In this document: one piece after another, positions 37,322 to 49,154 of the stretch
How positions within the stretch are numbered: position 1 is the stretch's first letter
Layout of the letters: the number at the start of each line of letters is the position of its first letter
NCBI GenBank assembly: GCA_001244265.2
Contig: CDLV01000009.1
Coordinates: 930,001-994,000, forward strand
Direction of reading: 5' to 3'
DNA from: Microbotryum violaceum
Lineage: Eukaryota
DNA: 64,000 nucleotides
Notes under the pieces: generated by a model
Databases searched by the model: none
What the model was told of the DNA's origin: nothing
Seen by the model: only the letters and a program-made list of their open reading frames with translations
Translations under genes and position numbers: made by a program

Positions 37322-39884
37322 ATGCCTTTCGAAGGTCTTGCCCGTTCCATCTCCCAAGAACACGAGGCCGCGGCCGAACTCGAACGAAGAATTTCGGCAA
37401 GGTCAGCTACGCGAGCCCGTACGGGGACCCTGACACGACCCGCCGCGGTCGTAGAAGAAGGCCACGAATCGAGAGATAATGGCGATGGTTCGACCCTGAA
37501 CGGACAGAAATTTGATCTCGAAGCCGGACAGAAGAAGAAGAACGACTCCGAGAAGCAGCCTACGCCGCCACCTTCGCACGACGACGACGATGAGGACGAA
37601 TTCCTCGTGACGCTCAAGGGGCGCGAGCACCTGAATCCTCACACTTGGAGCGAGGTGTACCGGTGGTGCATCACCGCCTTTGCCGGTCTCTTGGTCCTGA
37701 ATGCCAGTGAGTCGAGTATTTCTGGTTCCGCTGGTTCCGACTTTCCTATTTTGCACCGTCGCGCGAGTCCAGCCGTCTGTCGCAGCGACTTGATCCACGT
37801 GCGGAGGCCGAGGAGGCCGGCACGCGGAAGCGCTATGACCGAACGGATAAGATTTGCGCTGACTCATTCCCAAATCATTCCTCGGCGATCTTTCGCTGCT
37901 GCAGCTTTCGCTTCGTCGGCTCCTTCGAATTTGATTCCTTCGATTATCACCCATTACGGGGTTTCTGAAGAAGTTGGCATTCTGCTCATCGCAAGTGAGT
38001 GATCTTACCTTTTTGCCACGAACCAGTGTGCTCCTCGCAGGGTGCCAGCGCGGAAGCCATTTGGGCTTCTAGCGAGGGTCGCTCCCGGTACCGTCGCTTT
38101 AGCCCCTTCTTCTATGTCTGACTCACGAGTCTTCTCCCTGCAGTCTTTGTCGCCGGATACTGTGTCGGCCCTCTAAGTAAGTCGCATGCTTCCGCGGTGT
38201 TGAGCTCCTGGCAAAACCCAATTTGACGTGTTACAATCGCTGGTTCGCGCATCAGTCTGGGGTCCGCTTTCTGAGCGATATGGGCGCAAGTTTGTCATGA
38301 TCGTCGCTTGGGTTCCTTACATCTGCTTCCAAGTCGGTTGCGCCTTGTCGCCTAACATTGGATCGCTTATTATTTTGCGGTTCCTGGGTGGTTGCTTTGC
38401 CGCCGCTCCCTTGACGAACTCGTGAGTAGGCGATGTTTTGTGGTCTACAGGACAGGAGCTAAGCCAAAATATTGATTGAAACCTCTGTTTCGTCATCTCT
38501 ACACAGTGGTGGCGTCATTGCGGACTTGTGGGGACCCGATCAACGTGGCGATGCTTTGGCCATCTTTTCCTTAATGCCTTTCGCAGGCCCGGCTCTTGCT
38601 CCCATCATTTCGGGCTACATGGAGGTGACGCGCACCAACTTCCGATGGATTTTTTGGGTCCTTACCATTTTTGGTGGCGTCTGCCTCGGCGGCATCCTCT
38701 TCTTCCTGCCCGAGACGTACGTCCCTTACCTTTTGCACAACGAAGCAAAGCGCCTGCGCAAGGAGACTGGCGACGAGCGATGGCACGCACCCATGGACAA
38801 CAAGCAAGAGACGACCAAGGAGGTCATTAACCGAACCGTTCTCAAGCCATTCAGGATGGCCGGTGAGTTGGCGCGAATTTACTATTATTAAGATCCAGCC
38901 GCTAATATGGTACTGCGTCCCACAGGCCAAGAGCCCATGCTTTTGTTGCTCACTCTCTACATGAGTCTGGTTTACGGTGTCATCTACTTGATGTTTGAAG
39001 GTCAGCTGGCGTCATGCGGTTGAAGGAAAACTGACCTGGCTGCTGATGCTCATCGCCGTCTCGCATTATCACGTAATAGCCGTCCCCATCATTTTCCAAG
39101 TGAGTTTGAGTGACATTGTCAAAAAATGCACGAGCTGATTAGTTTTCCTGTCCCATCATCAGGGCAATCACGGCTTGAACGCTGGCGAGAGCGGTCTTAT
39201 CTTCCTCGCACTTCTCACAGGCGGTGTCATCGGCGTCTTGACCTACATCTTCTACTTCAACAAGAAGTACAAGCAATACCACCACTTGCTTGAGGGCAAG
39301 CCGGTTCCTGTGAGTCTTTTAAGCCACATTGTATGTGCCATGCAGTCGAGGCTGACCGCTCTCATCACACCCTTGTCTCGCTAGCCCGAGTACCGCCTAG
39401 TGCCCCTTATGTGCGCCGCGCCCTTTTTCGCCGTGTCCTTCTTCTGGCTTGGATGGACTGCGTACCCTAGCATCAGCATCGCCTCTCCGATCCTCGCCAT
39501 CGTACTCCTCGGTTGCACCGTGCTCTTCATCTTCCTGAGCATTTTCAACTACCTCATCGACGTCTACCTGATGAACGCTGCCTCCGCACTTTCTTTCAAC
39601 ACCGTCTGTCGATCTGCCTTCGGTGCCTCTTTCCCCCTCTTCGCTGGCCGTCAGTCGTTTCTCTCAACCCTATATGCGTTGTATCTGGCTCGCACGACTG
39701 AATTTTTGTTTGTTTTTGTTGCTGACCTTCAGAGATGTTCCGAAAACTGAGTATTCCGGGCGCTTCGAGCTTGCTCGGAGGTTTAGCTATCGTGTTCATT
39801 CCGGCACCATTCCTCCTTTACAAATACGGGAAGAAGATCCGCTCGATGAGCAAGAATGCTGTCGTGCGGCCAAACGAAGACTGA
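37322..39884 (+). CDS. MFS drug:H+ antiporter (DHA1 family), multi-exon
   Basis: NPHTWS, WGPLSERYGRK, LRFLGGCFAAAPLTNSGGVIADLW, PFAGPALAPIISG, FRWIFW, LPETY, PEYRL, YLIDVY..AASA..RSAFGASFPLF, YGKKIRSMSK. Confidence 0.93.
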
Positions 39885-41367
39885 TGCGCTATAGTTGGGA
39901 CCCGCACGCTGTGATCCACACCCGCTCCGCCTTCACGAGCGGCTTACAAAGGCGGCGTGGTTCTCTTCTTGCCCTCGACCCTTATAGAGCTGACTCTTAG
40001 ACTATACAACAACTTTAATCACGAAACATCTTTTATATATATACCCTCTCTATCTGTCTTGCCTGCAGATACTATCACCAGAAAGCACAGTTGACCGTGC
40101 CTGTGTGCCAGTGTCCGCTGGCTTTTGATCAGAACCCAGCACAACTTATCAGCGAGGACGTATCGGAGGGTGCGAGCACTTCACTCTTCTAGCTCTTGCG
40201 ATCCACGTCGAGGAAACGAAGTTTCTGCACAAATCTCTTGAGGGCAGGCCGGCTCATGGGACCGCCCTTGCGAGTAATTTCGACGTCGGTGTTGTCTTGA
40301 ACCCGCCACTGGGCACAAACCCGAGTTCGTCGGTGGCGAAGTTTTCAGCAGGAGTCATAATGGTTGTCCGAATCCCAGAAGACACCTCGATTACACCATC
40401 CGCGCGAGCAGCGGTGGACACCCGGCCGTTGGTGTGACCAAGTTGGACTCCGCCGATCATCCCTTCAGAGGCAGCGTCCCGAGGTTTCACGAGGGCAGAG
40501 CATCATACAGGCAGCGACTAGGACCGGAGTGATGATACGGGTTTCAAACCAAAAAGGAATGTGACACTTGGAACTTGTTGAAGGTGTCCGAACCCACACA
40601 TCCGTGCAGCCCCAACGTAGCAGTGTTAGATTTTCACTCACATTTTAATCAAATTGCTTAGCTTATTACCGTCAGCCCTATAGCGTTTTACGGTAGCAAA
40701 AAAACCTGCATTGTCGTTTTCCGCCGCAGTGACTGCTGAGCCCCTGTCGCACCAAGCTCAGTCAAAGTCAGATCCCTTCGTCACCTCGATCGAGGCCTAC
40801 CGAAGGTCAGCATGCAAAGAGTGCAACAATATCAGTGCCATTCCAAACATGCTTCATCTAGTGATACGGATCAAACTTTCGTCCCGTCATTGCAGCGCCC
40901 TGTGAGTCTGGGTGAACTTACCGAGCTCGGGCGACCTCGGAGGAGTTGCCGAGCCTATAAACCAAGGTGGCTTGGCGATCCCGAGCAAACAATACACCAA
41001 AATACATTGTATTTGACGTATCAGGTGGGGCTTAAGAGACGTCGAGAAGGCACTGCGTTAGAAATCTATTCATCAAAGAAAACAGAAGAAGAGCTTCGAG
41101 TGAGGGTGAAACTTTTTTCAAAACGGTCAATTTGGAGCATTAAGGCAATGTACAGGACACCGCAACCAGACGACGCTTTTCAGTAGCCACTAAGCCAAAA
41201 TATATGTGCAAGACAGTGAACGAAAGTTGCTCTTGGGGACGAATGAGCCCCTTGCAGCCTCAGTTGTGAGATGCAGAGCCTGCTGCTCATGAATACCTAC
41301 GCCGAACGGGTATTTGACTACAAGCAAGAGGGTATAGAATGCGAAGATTAAAATATGTCTTATCCAA

Positions 41368-42439
41368 TCAGGAGTTGAAGATTTTGGAATGCAACTGATC
41401 ATGCCGGGCCTGTAAGATTTCCCCTAAGGGCCATGTTGTCGCGACGATACCCCTCACTTCATCACCATCATCTGGCGCGCCCAACCCATAATCTTGCTCT
41501 GCCCTCACTTCCTCTCCCACTCCCTTCCCCACTTCGTGTGTTGGTTCTGGAACCATATACGTCCTTCGGTACTGCTCCAGACTCTGATCGATCAAAGGGC
41601 GCGTATCGTGAAGAAGGATTCGATGGGAGAGGTAAGGTCCGATGAGATTGAGCCGGATCGCGGAGGAGAGGATGGATCGGCAGTGCAGGAAGAGAAAGAG
41701 GTGTTGTGTGGAGGCTTGAATGGTCGGACGAGGTCTGAAAGTCAGCGCACCAGCGGGGCTAAGAGAAGATTCTGCTTGAACGCACCGAGTGATATTCCCA
41801 ATGCGGCGGTCAAGACCCCGAAACATATCGGGAAATGGCCTCGCATCTGCCCCAATTTGGTCGCAGCTTTGAGTTCATCAACCAAGCCCTTCATTATCGC
41901 ATCGATCGGGGAATTGTGCTTCGCCGCGACTCCGCTCGTTTTCGGCGGAGGTGGTGGTGGGGCGGCAAAGGCCCGTTCGTACAAGGTCAATAGCGCAATG
42001 CCTTGTGCTTTTGACGCCCTTCGTACGACATGATTCAACGTCATGGCTTCGAAATCCTGATCCAGCCACCGTAAACTGTCCACCATCTCGTTTCGTACAA
42101 CTTCCGGTGCTACCGTCGGACTCCGTAATCGGGAAACGACGCCGAATGACCGCGTGACGAAAGGGAGGTTCAACCTCGTGCAGGCGTGAAGCGAGTGCTG
42201 GAGAAAAGTGATGATTGTTTCGGGCTTGTTGGTCGAGGTGGAATGGCCATGTTGGAGGTAGGATTCGAGGCCGGAGGAAGCGATGAACCCACCGGTCGGG
42301 AGATTGCTGTTGCGAGACGGCGTCGATAAGCGACTCGGATTGAACCGTGCCGGGGTCAAAGCGATGTATAAGACCGGAAAACTTACGAGTCGGAGAGCAG
42401 TAGCAGTAGATACTGCTCCAAGGAATCTGGATTGGCCAT
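41368..42439 (-). CDS. ureF: Urease accessory protein UreF
   Basis: MANPDSLEQYLLLLLSDS-NLPTGGFIASSGLESY, RRASKAQGIALL, GHFPICFG, FLHCRSILSSAIRLNLIGPY, TWPLGEILQARHDQLHSKIFNS. Confidence 0.92.
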
Positions 42440-42611
42440 GAACGTGGGGGTGGGGCGAAATGAAGGAGCGCATAAAGCGCAGAGGAGCGCCAGAGTGCGC
42501 CAGATGAAACAAGTCCCCGGAGTCGATCGCTGCCGAGGGCTGTCTCCTCTCACTCTCCCTCTCCACGCTCAGCCCCTGACTCGCCTCGCTTCCCATCCTC
42601 GCGCCCCAGCC

Positions 42612-43304
42612 ATGTCCCTTCAATCCCTCAGGACCTCCCTCCTACACTCAACACGGTCCCTGACTCAGACCCGACCCAGCCACAGTACCGTACTCACAAG
42701 AAGCTCGTTCATTCTTCGTCGCTCGCAACATACTCTTTCGGCCACGCCAGAGCAGTTCAAGGACGCGATCAAGTCCGAACAAACGACCCTGGTGGACTTT
42801 TATGCTGAATGTTCGTTCCATCTCACTGCTTGGGGATGCAGCAGTCTATCGAACGTCGAGTCGCAGCTCGCTTTGATCTCCGAATTCCCCACAGCTGACG
42901 TTTACACGTCCTAAATGACATCCCTACACGTTTGCAGGGTGCGGGCCATGCAAGCAGCTCACACCCGTTCTCAAACAAGTAATCCCTTCCGACTCACAGG
43001 ACGTGCATTGTGAGTCCAGTCATTCCTCTCCGGCGCATTCTCCTTCGCCTGCTCCGAAAGCTGACAAATCCTTACCTCACCTCCTCATGGGATAAAACTG
43101 CAACGTTCTGGTGGATCCCCCTACTCTCAACCGAGAACAGTGGTGACAATCGATACCGATGACCACTATGAACTCGCGTCGGAGTACAAGATCAGCGCCT
43201 TACCGACCGTGATCGCGTTCAGAAATGGGGAACCGATTGGCAAGTTCGTTGGAGGGAGGAACCAGAGTGGGGTCGAATCCTTTTTGGAGGAGGTGCAGGC
43301 TTGA
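42612..43304 (+). CDS. Thioredoxin, probably mitochondrial
   Basis: Ser/Thr/Arg-rich presequence. LVDFYAE-WCGPCK (the W codon is split by an intron), IDTD..ELASEYKISALPTVIAFRNGEPIGKFVG. Confidence 0.92.
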
Positions 43305-43495
43305 TGAGGAAGGTAAATGAGTATATCGATTTTTTGGAGAGATACTGCTGTGTGAGCCGGTAGATCCTTTGACATTTTAGAATCGTGAGGTCACGTGCAA
43401 GCGACGATTAGCCCGAACGGGCGCAACATATGCGGTGTCATGGCTATGATTACAACAATGAGGTTCCACATTCCATCGTAAAACACCTAGGGCAC

Positions 43496-44380
43496 TCATT
43501 CTGCGTTCGGTGCAGATGGGTTTCCTTCCCTCTCATTTGTGGCAGCAGCATCTTCATCGTCGGCAGTCAAAGATCCGGTCGTTTCGAACGCATCCTCGGG
43601 TATCTTGCCCTGCGAGTCGGTCAGGGCCCCTGAATGGAAAGAGATACGATGATGAGCTTCGGAGCCCTTCATAAAAGAGATCCTGATGGATTGGGGACGC
43701 ACCCGCTAGTAAAAAAGTGGCATCGCCTTTTCCTCCGGGAATGGTCTCGTACGCGACTTGGAGTTTACACCTCGCGCAATGAAGCGGACCTGTAGACCCA
43801 GAATCGACTTTTGACCGCGTCAGACTCTGAAGAACACAAGAGTCGCATAAGCGGCCCTTGCATTGATAATGCTCAGACCTACGTTGGTACTCGTACACCG
43901 TTGAACCCTTTTCGGGATCGACGAAAGTGGACAAGATTTCGCGCCCTGGCTCGGCGTTAAGTTTGTACACGACGCGATGATCGCCTTGGTTCCTTAGGGC
44001 GTAGGCTTGATCTGATGGTCGTCGCGGAAGGTTCGCGAGTTGGGCTTGGGCGACGAGAACGAATTCACCCTGTGAAATGGGAAATCGTGCGTTAGCGAGC
44101 CGGTGTTGGTGAGTTGGAATATGTGGAGTCGGGGATGGAAGCGTACGCATAGGCAGTAGTAGATGGTCAGGGACTGGAGAACAAGTTCTGTTCGGTATCA
44201 GCCAAAGTTTACACCACTCCTTCCTCTCTGGATCGCATGCTGACTGACGGAATCCACAGGGTCAACCTCATCCTTGCTCTGCGACACCGCGCCTCGCGCG
44301 ATCATTTTGGGCCTAGGAAGGGTGGGCATTCGCGGATCAGCTTGGGAACAAAAATTGGAAGTGAGTGTGACAACGCACAT
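43496..44380 (-). CDS. STEEP1/CXorf56 (UPF0428)-like protein
   Basis: Spliced MPKMIARGAVS..SLTIYYCLC-GEFVLV..QLANLPRRPSD..YEYQRR..HCARCKLQVAY..GAL resembles the CXorf56 family pattern (YYCLCG..LP.RP.D..C..C.L). Confidence 0.8.
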
Positions 44381-44592
44381 GTTGGGCTGCGGGAGGCTAC
44401 GGCTGGTATGTTAATATGGAGGAAGGAGTGAGACAGAGAGAGACGGGGAGAGCTGGGGAGAGAGAGAAAGAGGAACGCGCCAGTTGAGCCAAGTCGTGCC
44501 TCTCGTTCCTTTCCCGTCTTTTCCCCCAGTCTCACCGGCTTGACAACGCACCCTTGCGGAAAGGATCAGCCCCATTCCAATAAAAGGATGCC

Positions 44593-46227
44593 ATGACGGA
44601 CCGATCAACCACCTCGCTCGATCTGACCGAGGTGCTCTCCTCCGCGCTGCTCCTCCCCCACCCCGAGATCAGCGACGAACTACTCTGCCTCGCCGCCATT
44701 TACCCCGACTTGAGCGTCCGACGAATTGACGACCGTTCGATCGAGCTCGAACTTGGCACCTGTCTGAACCACGATGACGACGACGCTCACGAAGACGCCA
44801 AGGGCGCCGCGCGCCGCATCCCTTTTGAGCTCGTGCTTTCGATCCCCTTGCAGAGCTACCCCGAGATCGAACCTCCTCTCATCCAACTATCGTCCGTCTA
44901 CCTTGGTCCTTTCTTCATCCTTCCCGAACTGCACCACCAAATTCATCACTGCTTCATTCAACCCGTGCCATCCTTGCCGGATCCGATCACGGGGAGAACA
45001 GAGTTTTCCTCGGCAACTCAGGGGGAAGATTTCATCCAGGTCGATTGGACACCGGGCCGAGTCATCCTCTTTGACGCGGTGCAGATCATTACTGACAAGT
45101 GTAGTGCTTGGTATCGAGAGCGAGTCAAGGAGGTGAACGAGGTGAAACACGATGCAACGGCGGCAGCGGATTCGGCGCGGGAGGTAGGGGGCAAGTATGA
45201 GAACGGGTTGGCCTCGGAGGATGGGATCTCTGAAGCGGTGAGACGCCTGGAGTCGGATGAAGAAGACGTGTCGTGGGAATCATCGTTCAAAAAGAAGGAA
45301 CGAAGCGTCGCGGCCTCGGATGGCATCAAGATTTGGTCCTCGGACCCGCTCGTCCATAGAAAGTCGGTAGGTGCTTCAGGGCCTCGCCTCGCGATGCTTG
45401 GTCAATTGATGGTTGGCTGACTCAACTGCTTGCGCTATGATCTTCTCTGAAGGTGTTTGTGGGGCACGCTGCTAGAGTTCGTTCACAGGCCGAGGTGAGG
45501 AGCAAGGACATTATTTGCTCGTATTCGGGACTCGTCACCGTCAAAGTCGAGTAATTGACGAGGGCTCGAGCTGACCCTAGCTCATTATCACCACTCGCCT
45601 AACTTTATGAATAGGTCGACCAAGTCATGTCGGAGCTCTTGTCCGACAAGAAGATCGCCAAGGCATCGTGAGTTTTCCATTCCGTCTCGCTGCCAGATAT
45701 GTCTTCAGCTTCCGGAGAGGGTATCGCCATCATTGCTGACAAAGTCGCAACACCACATATTTTCTTATAGACACAACATCACGGCCTTCCGATATCATGA
45801 CTCGGAGACGCACGCACTGTACCATGACGTCGATGACGATGGTGAAACAGCAGCCGGGGGTCGACTAGGGCATCTGTTGAGCCTTCTTGTAAGTCGAAAT
45901 GTCTGCGACAGGGCCGAAGCTTCATAGGTCGTGGATGCTGATGCATCTCAGCTTCAACGCTCATGTAGCAAGTGGAGAACATCTTGGTTGTTGTGACGCG
46001 GTGGTACGGAGGCATTCACTTGGGTGCCGATCGCTTCAAATTGATTAACCAGGCAAGTGGCATCGCATCGGCTTTGGTGCGCTGGAAAATCATGAGCTGA
46101 CTCTCAGATCGTCCTGTCGCATCTCGGGATCTTCGATTGGCCTCAGGCGGCCCGGGATGCTCTTCAAATTGGTGGATTTTTGGCTGATGAAGCTATTGGG
46201 AACAAGAAGAAGTCGGGGAAGAAATGA
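44593..46227 (+). CDS. Yih1/IMPACT family protein (RWD plus UPF0029 domain)
   Basis: RWD domain (DELLCLAAIYP..YPEIEPP). RKS-VFVGHAARV, DKKIAKAS-HNITAFR, DDDGETAAGGRLGHLL, VVVTRWYGGIHLGADRFKLINQAARDAL. Confidence 0.92.
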
Positions 46228-46415
46228 TACGCCTCGGGCACGCCGGTCCAAGGGCCTAGGGAACTTCTCCCGTTGAGGCATGTATTCGAGACTGTTGTTG
46301 TATTGTTAACTCTGAAGGCCGACTCTTTGCTTCATTAGGTGTGAGAAAAATGATGCATTCCACTGCTAGTGATACATAAGATGCAAAGCCGGGACCGTGC
46401 TGTCGACTCGGTTGC

Positions 46416-46871
46416 TCACTTCCACTTGAACCATTCGAGCCAGCTCTGGCCTTTGACGACCTCTCCCCGCGAGGCTCGTGCGATCCCATCCTGCATGCGG
46501 GCGTAGTGCTTGGGGAACGAGGCGGGTTTGAGTGTCTTCTGCGTCATGGGATACTGTTGGTCAAAAGCAAGACGAGGATGTTCAAGGGGTGCCTGCGAAG
46601 AACGAGCACTCTGCGCTCGATGGATCGGCGGACAACTTACCGATTTCAAAGCGTCATTGGCCAACAACCTCGTCAAACTGTCGTGCATCTCTTGCGCCTT
46701 GAGGATCTGCTTCTGACCGAGTTCGGCCGCTGCTGGGGGGGTTGCGAATACGCGATCGACGGCGGCTTGGAGCGAGTCGGAGAATTGGAGGGTGGGGCGG
46801 AGGGGGTCTTTGGGCCATCGGCGCGCGAGGGAGTGCAGGGAGGTGCGCAGTGTTGTCGAGGACATGGACAT
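46416..46871 (-). CDS. Cbp6/UQCC2-like cytochrome b assembly factor (one in-frame intron)
   Basis: RRWPKDPLRP, SLTRLLANDALKS-YPM..LKPASFPKHYAR..SWLEWFKWK. Confidence 0.8.
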   Translation of the reverse strand: MSMSSTTLRTSLHSLARRWPKDPLRPTLQFSDSLQAAVDRVFATPPAAAELGQKQILKAQEMHDSLTRLLANDALKSVSCPPIHRAQSARSSQAPLEHPRLAFDQQYPMTQKTLKPASFPKHYARMQDGIARASRGEVVKGQSWLEWFKWK

Positions 46872-47038
46872 GTTGGGCGGGGTGAAAAGGTGAAAAGGTG
46901 AGTGGTGGATGTTGGGGGTGGGCGCTGTGGAATGAGCTCCGACAAGAAAGCTCCGACAAGAAGCGGGAGCGAGGGCGAAGTGCGATCGTCAACTTACAAG
47001 TGGCGGCGGTGGGTGCGAACCAAGTCAAATCGCCAATC

Positions 47039-47232
47039 GCCGATAGCCGATAGCCGATAGCCGATAGCCGAGCAGAGTCCTGTGTGACCGCTGTTGTAGA
47101 ATGCGCGGGCCCTGCCAGTTACTAGTGAGTGTGGACAAGGTGGTCCGTACTTTTATATTCTACTGACCTTCCTCGGCGCGCCCGACGTGTTGCAGCGATC
47201 GGCCGAAACCACCCGAAACCACCCGAAACCAC
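47039..47232. repeat. Short tandem repeats (GCCGATA)x4.7 and (CCGAAACCAC)x3 in the Cbp6/Rrp7 divergent intergenic region
   Basis: Located at 47039-47071 and 47203-47232. Confidence 0.85.
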
Positions 47233-47399
47233 ACTCGAAATTACTCGCTCTCGATCACTTCAGGGGCCGCTCACGAGCGTACTTCGCAGCCCGCAGCCGA
47301 CCGCCTTCGTTCTGGTCGATCGCGCCCACCCACCCGCGCAGCTTCAACGCGTCGAACGATTGACCCGCCAAGTGATCGCCTCGCTCAAACCGATCACAT

Positions 47400-48839
47400 A
47401 TGGCTCGTCTATCAACCCAACCTACTCCCGTGGCAGCCTCAGCCTCAGGTTCAAGCTCGTCCAAGTTCAAGCCCGTCGCTCTCAGATCCGGATTCTACGC
47501 TCTCCCTCTCGCCGTCGCTTCATCAGTGTCCTCCTCCTCGTCCAAACGCAGCTCCACTTCAAGCATTGCCGTCGAATACATCTTTGTGCGCGCGCACCAC
47601 TCGTTCAACTCGGCACAGGACGATGACGAACCTGAGCAAGCTGTCGCCGCTTCGACTTCGACGACGCTCTTCCTCACCGGATTGCCGCTCGGAGTGACCG
47701 AAAACGCTCTACGGAAACTGTTCAAGTCTCTGTACTCACGCCACAAGATTGTTACCGTGCAACTCTTGCCCTCGCCGAACGCAGCCGCAGCTAGCAATAC
47801 GCTCCTCGCGAGGGAACTCGCTTCCGTCTCGGCCACTCCTTCGATCGACCCTCTCTTCATCAGCTCCGACGCGATTGAAGCCAACTCGATCTCTGTTGCG
47901 CAATCAGCTTTGATGACCTTTGATTCCACACCTGCTCTGCCCCCACCGGTCCCCTCGATCGTCCCATCGTTGTCGGTCCCGAAATCCCCAAATTTTCTCG
48001 CCCGAGCTCGAGCCAAGTACGACCAGGCGCGACCTCATCGATCCATCGTCATCTCTCACACCGACACGTGGATGCAGAACCATGATCAAAAGAAGGCCTC
48101 TCTACGCCCTTCTTCCGCAGCCGCAGCCGCAGCGACGGCCACGACCTCGGCCTCGTCCTCGAAGAAGGGCAAGAAAGCCGCCGCAAGGGACCCCGGACCT
48201 CTACCCGGTTCGGCCGCGTTCGCTTTGGCCCAATACGCGGCCCAACAGGCCCGACTCGCTTCGGCTTCCTACAACCCCGACGACCATACCGGTCCCCAAG
48301 ACGCCGAAGGCTGGACCTTGGTCTCCCGTGGCGGAAGGCACGGTACGTCCGCTTTGGACGTCGAGGCCCTTCAGAATGCCACGACCGACGGGTACGGTGG
48401 TCGAGCCGTCAAGGTCGCGAGCAAGACTTGGCTCAAGGGGCTCGAGGGCGATGGCGCGACCGATTTGGAGACGGGTCAGAGGAACATCGTAGGCAAAGGG
48501 TTTTATCGGTTCACCAAGTCGGACGAGAGGAAACAAGGTCAGTTTCACATTCGGGAGTTGAGGCCAAAGAGAACAGATTTTGGCTGACCCGCTCACGTGG
48601 TCGTCGCTTCTTTTGTTGTAGAACTCGCGGCTCTCAAGGATCGCTTCGAACAGGACAAGGGTCGGTTGAACGAGTTTCGCGAATCGTACCGCGGACGTGG
48701 GGGCCGAGGTAGTCGAGGTGGGGGAGGATCCGGTAGAGGTGGTGGTGGTGGATCGGGGCGAGGTGGGAGAGGCGGCTCGAGTTCGAGAGATAGACCAGGG
48801 CGTTCGAACGACGGTGAGAAGAGGTACAAGCCTTATTGA
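47400..48839 (+). CDS. RRP7: Ribosomal RNA-processing protein 7 (2 exons)
   Basis: YIFVRAH..TLFLTGLP (RRM-like), DAEGWTLVSRGGR, FYRF..ERKQ-ELAALKDRFEQDKGRL..RYKPY. Confidence 0.88.
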
Positions 48840-49154
48840 AAGCAATACCACCCGTCGATGTGACCGACCCTTTCCTTATCAGAGATCGCTCTCGAGCACG
48901 TTTTCGTTCCGGTCCTTTGAAAAGAGTCCGCAGCCGCTCTCAATCGATCAAAATGCGCAAGGAAGACGACGAAATCCTTGGCTCCAAATAACCAGAAATG
49001 TAATGATGTACAACAACGCACCACATTATCCAAAGAGATGATAAATAACTGCGATAACGTTGCTCTAGAGTGACGACAATATGCGAGAAGATACTAATGC
49101 GTGGTCCGACCCTGACCTGATCCTGATATGTTTTGTCCTTCACTTTAGGAAGGC

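Noticed and set aside
41368-43304. UreF as part of a urease/nickel cluster with the NRAMP or MFS genes
   Set aside because: There is no urease, UreD or UreG in the window, and the neighbours are unrelated housekeeping genes.
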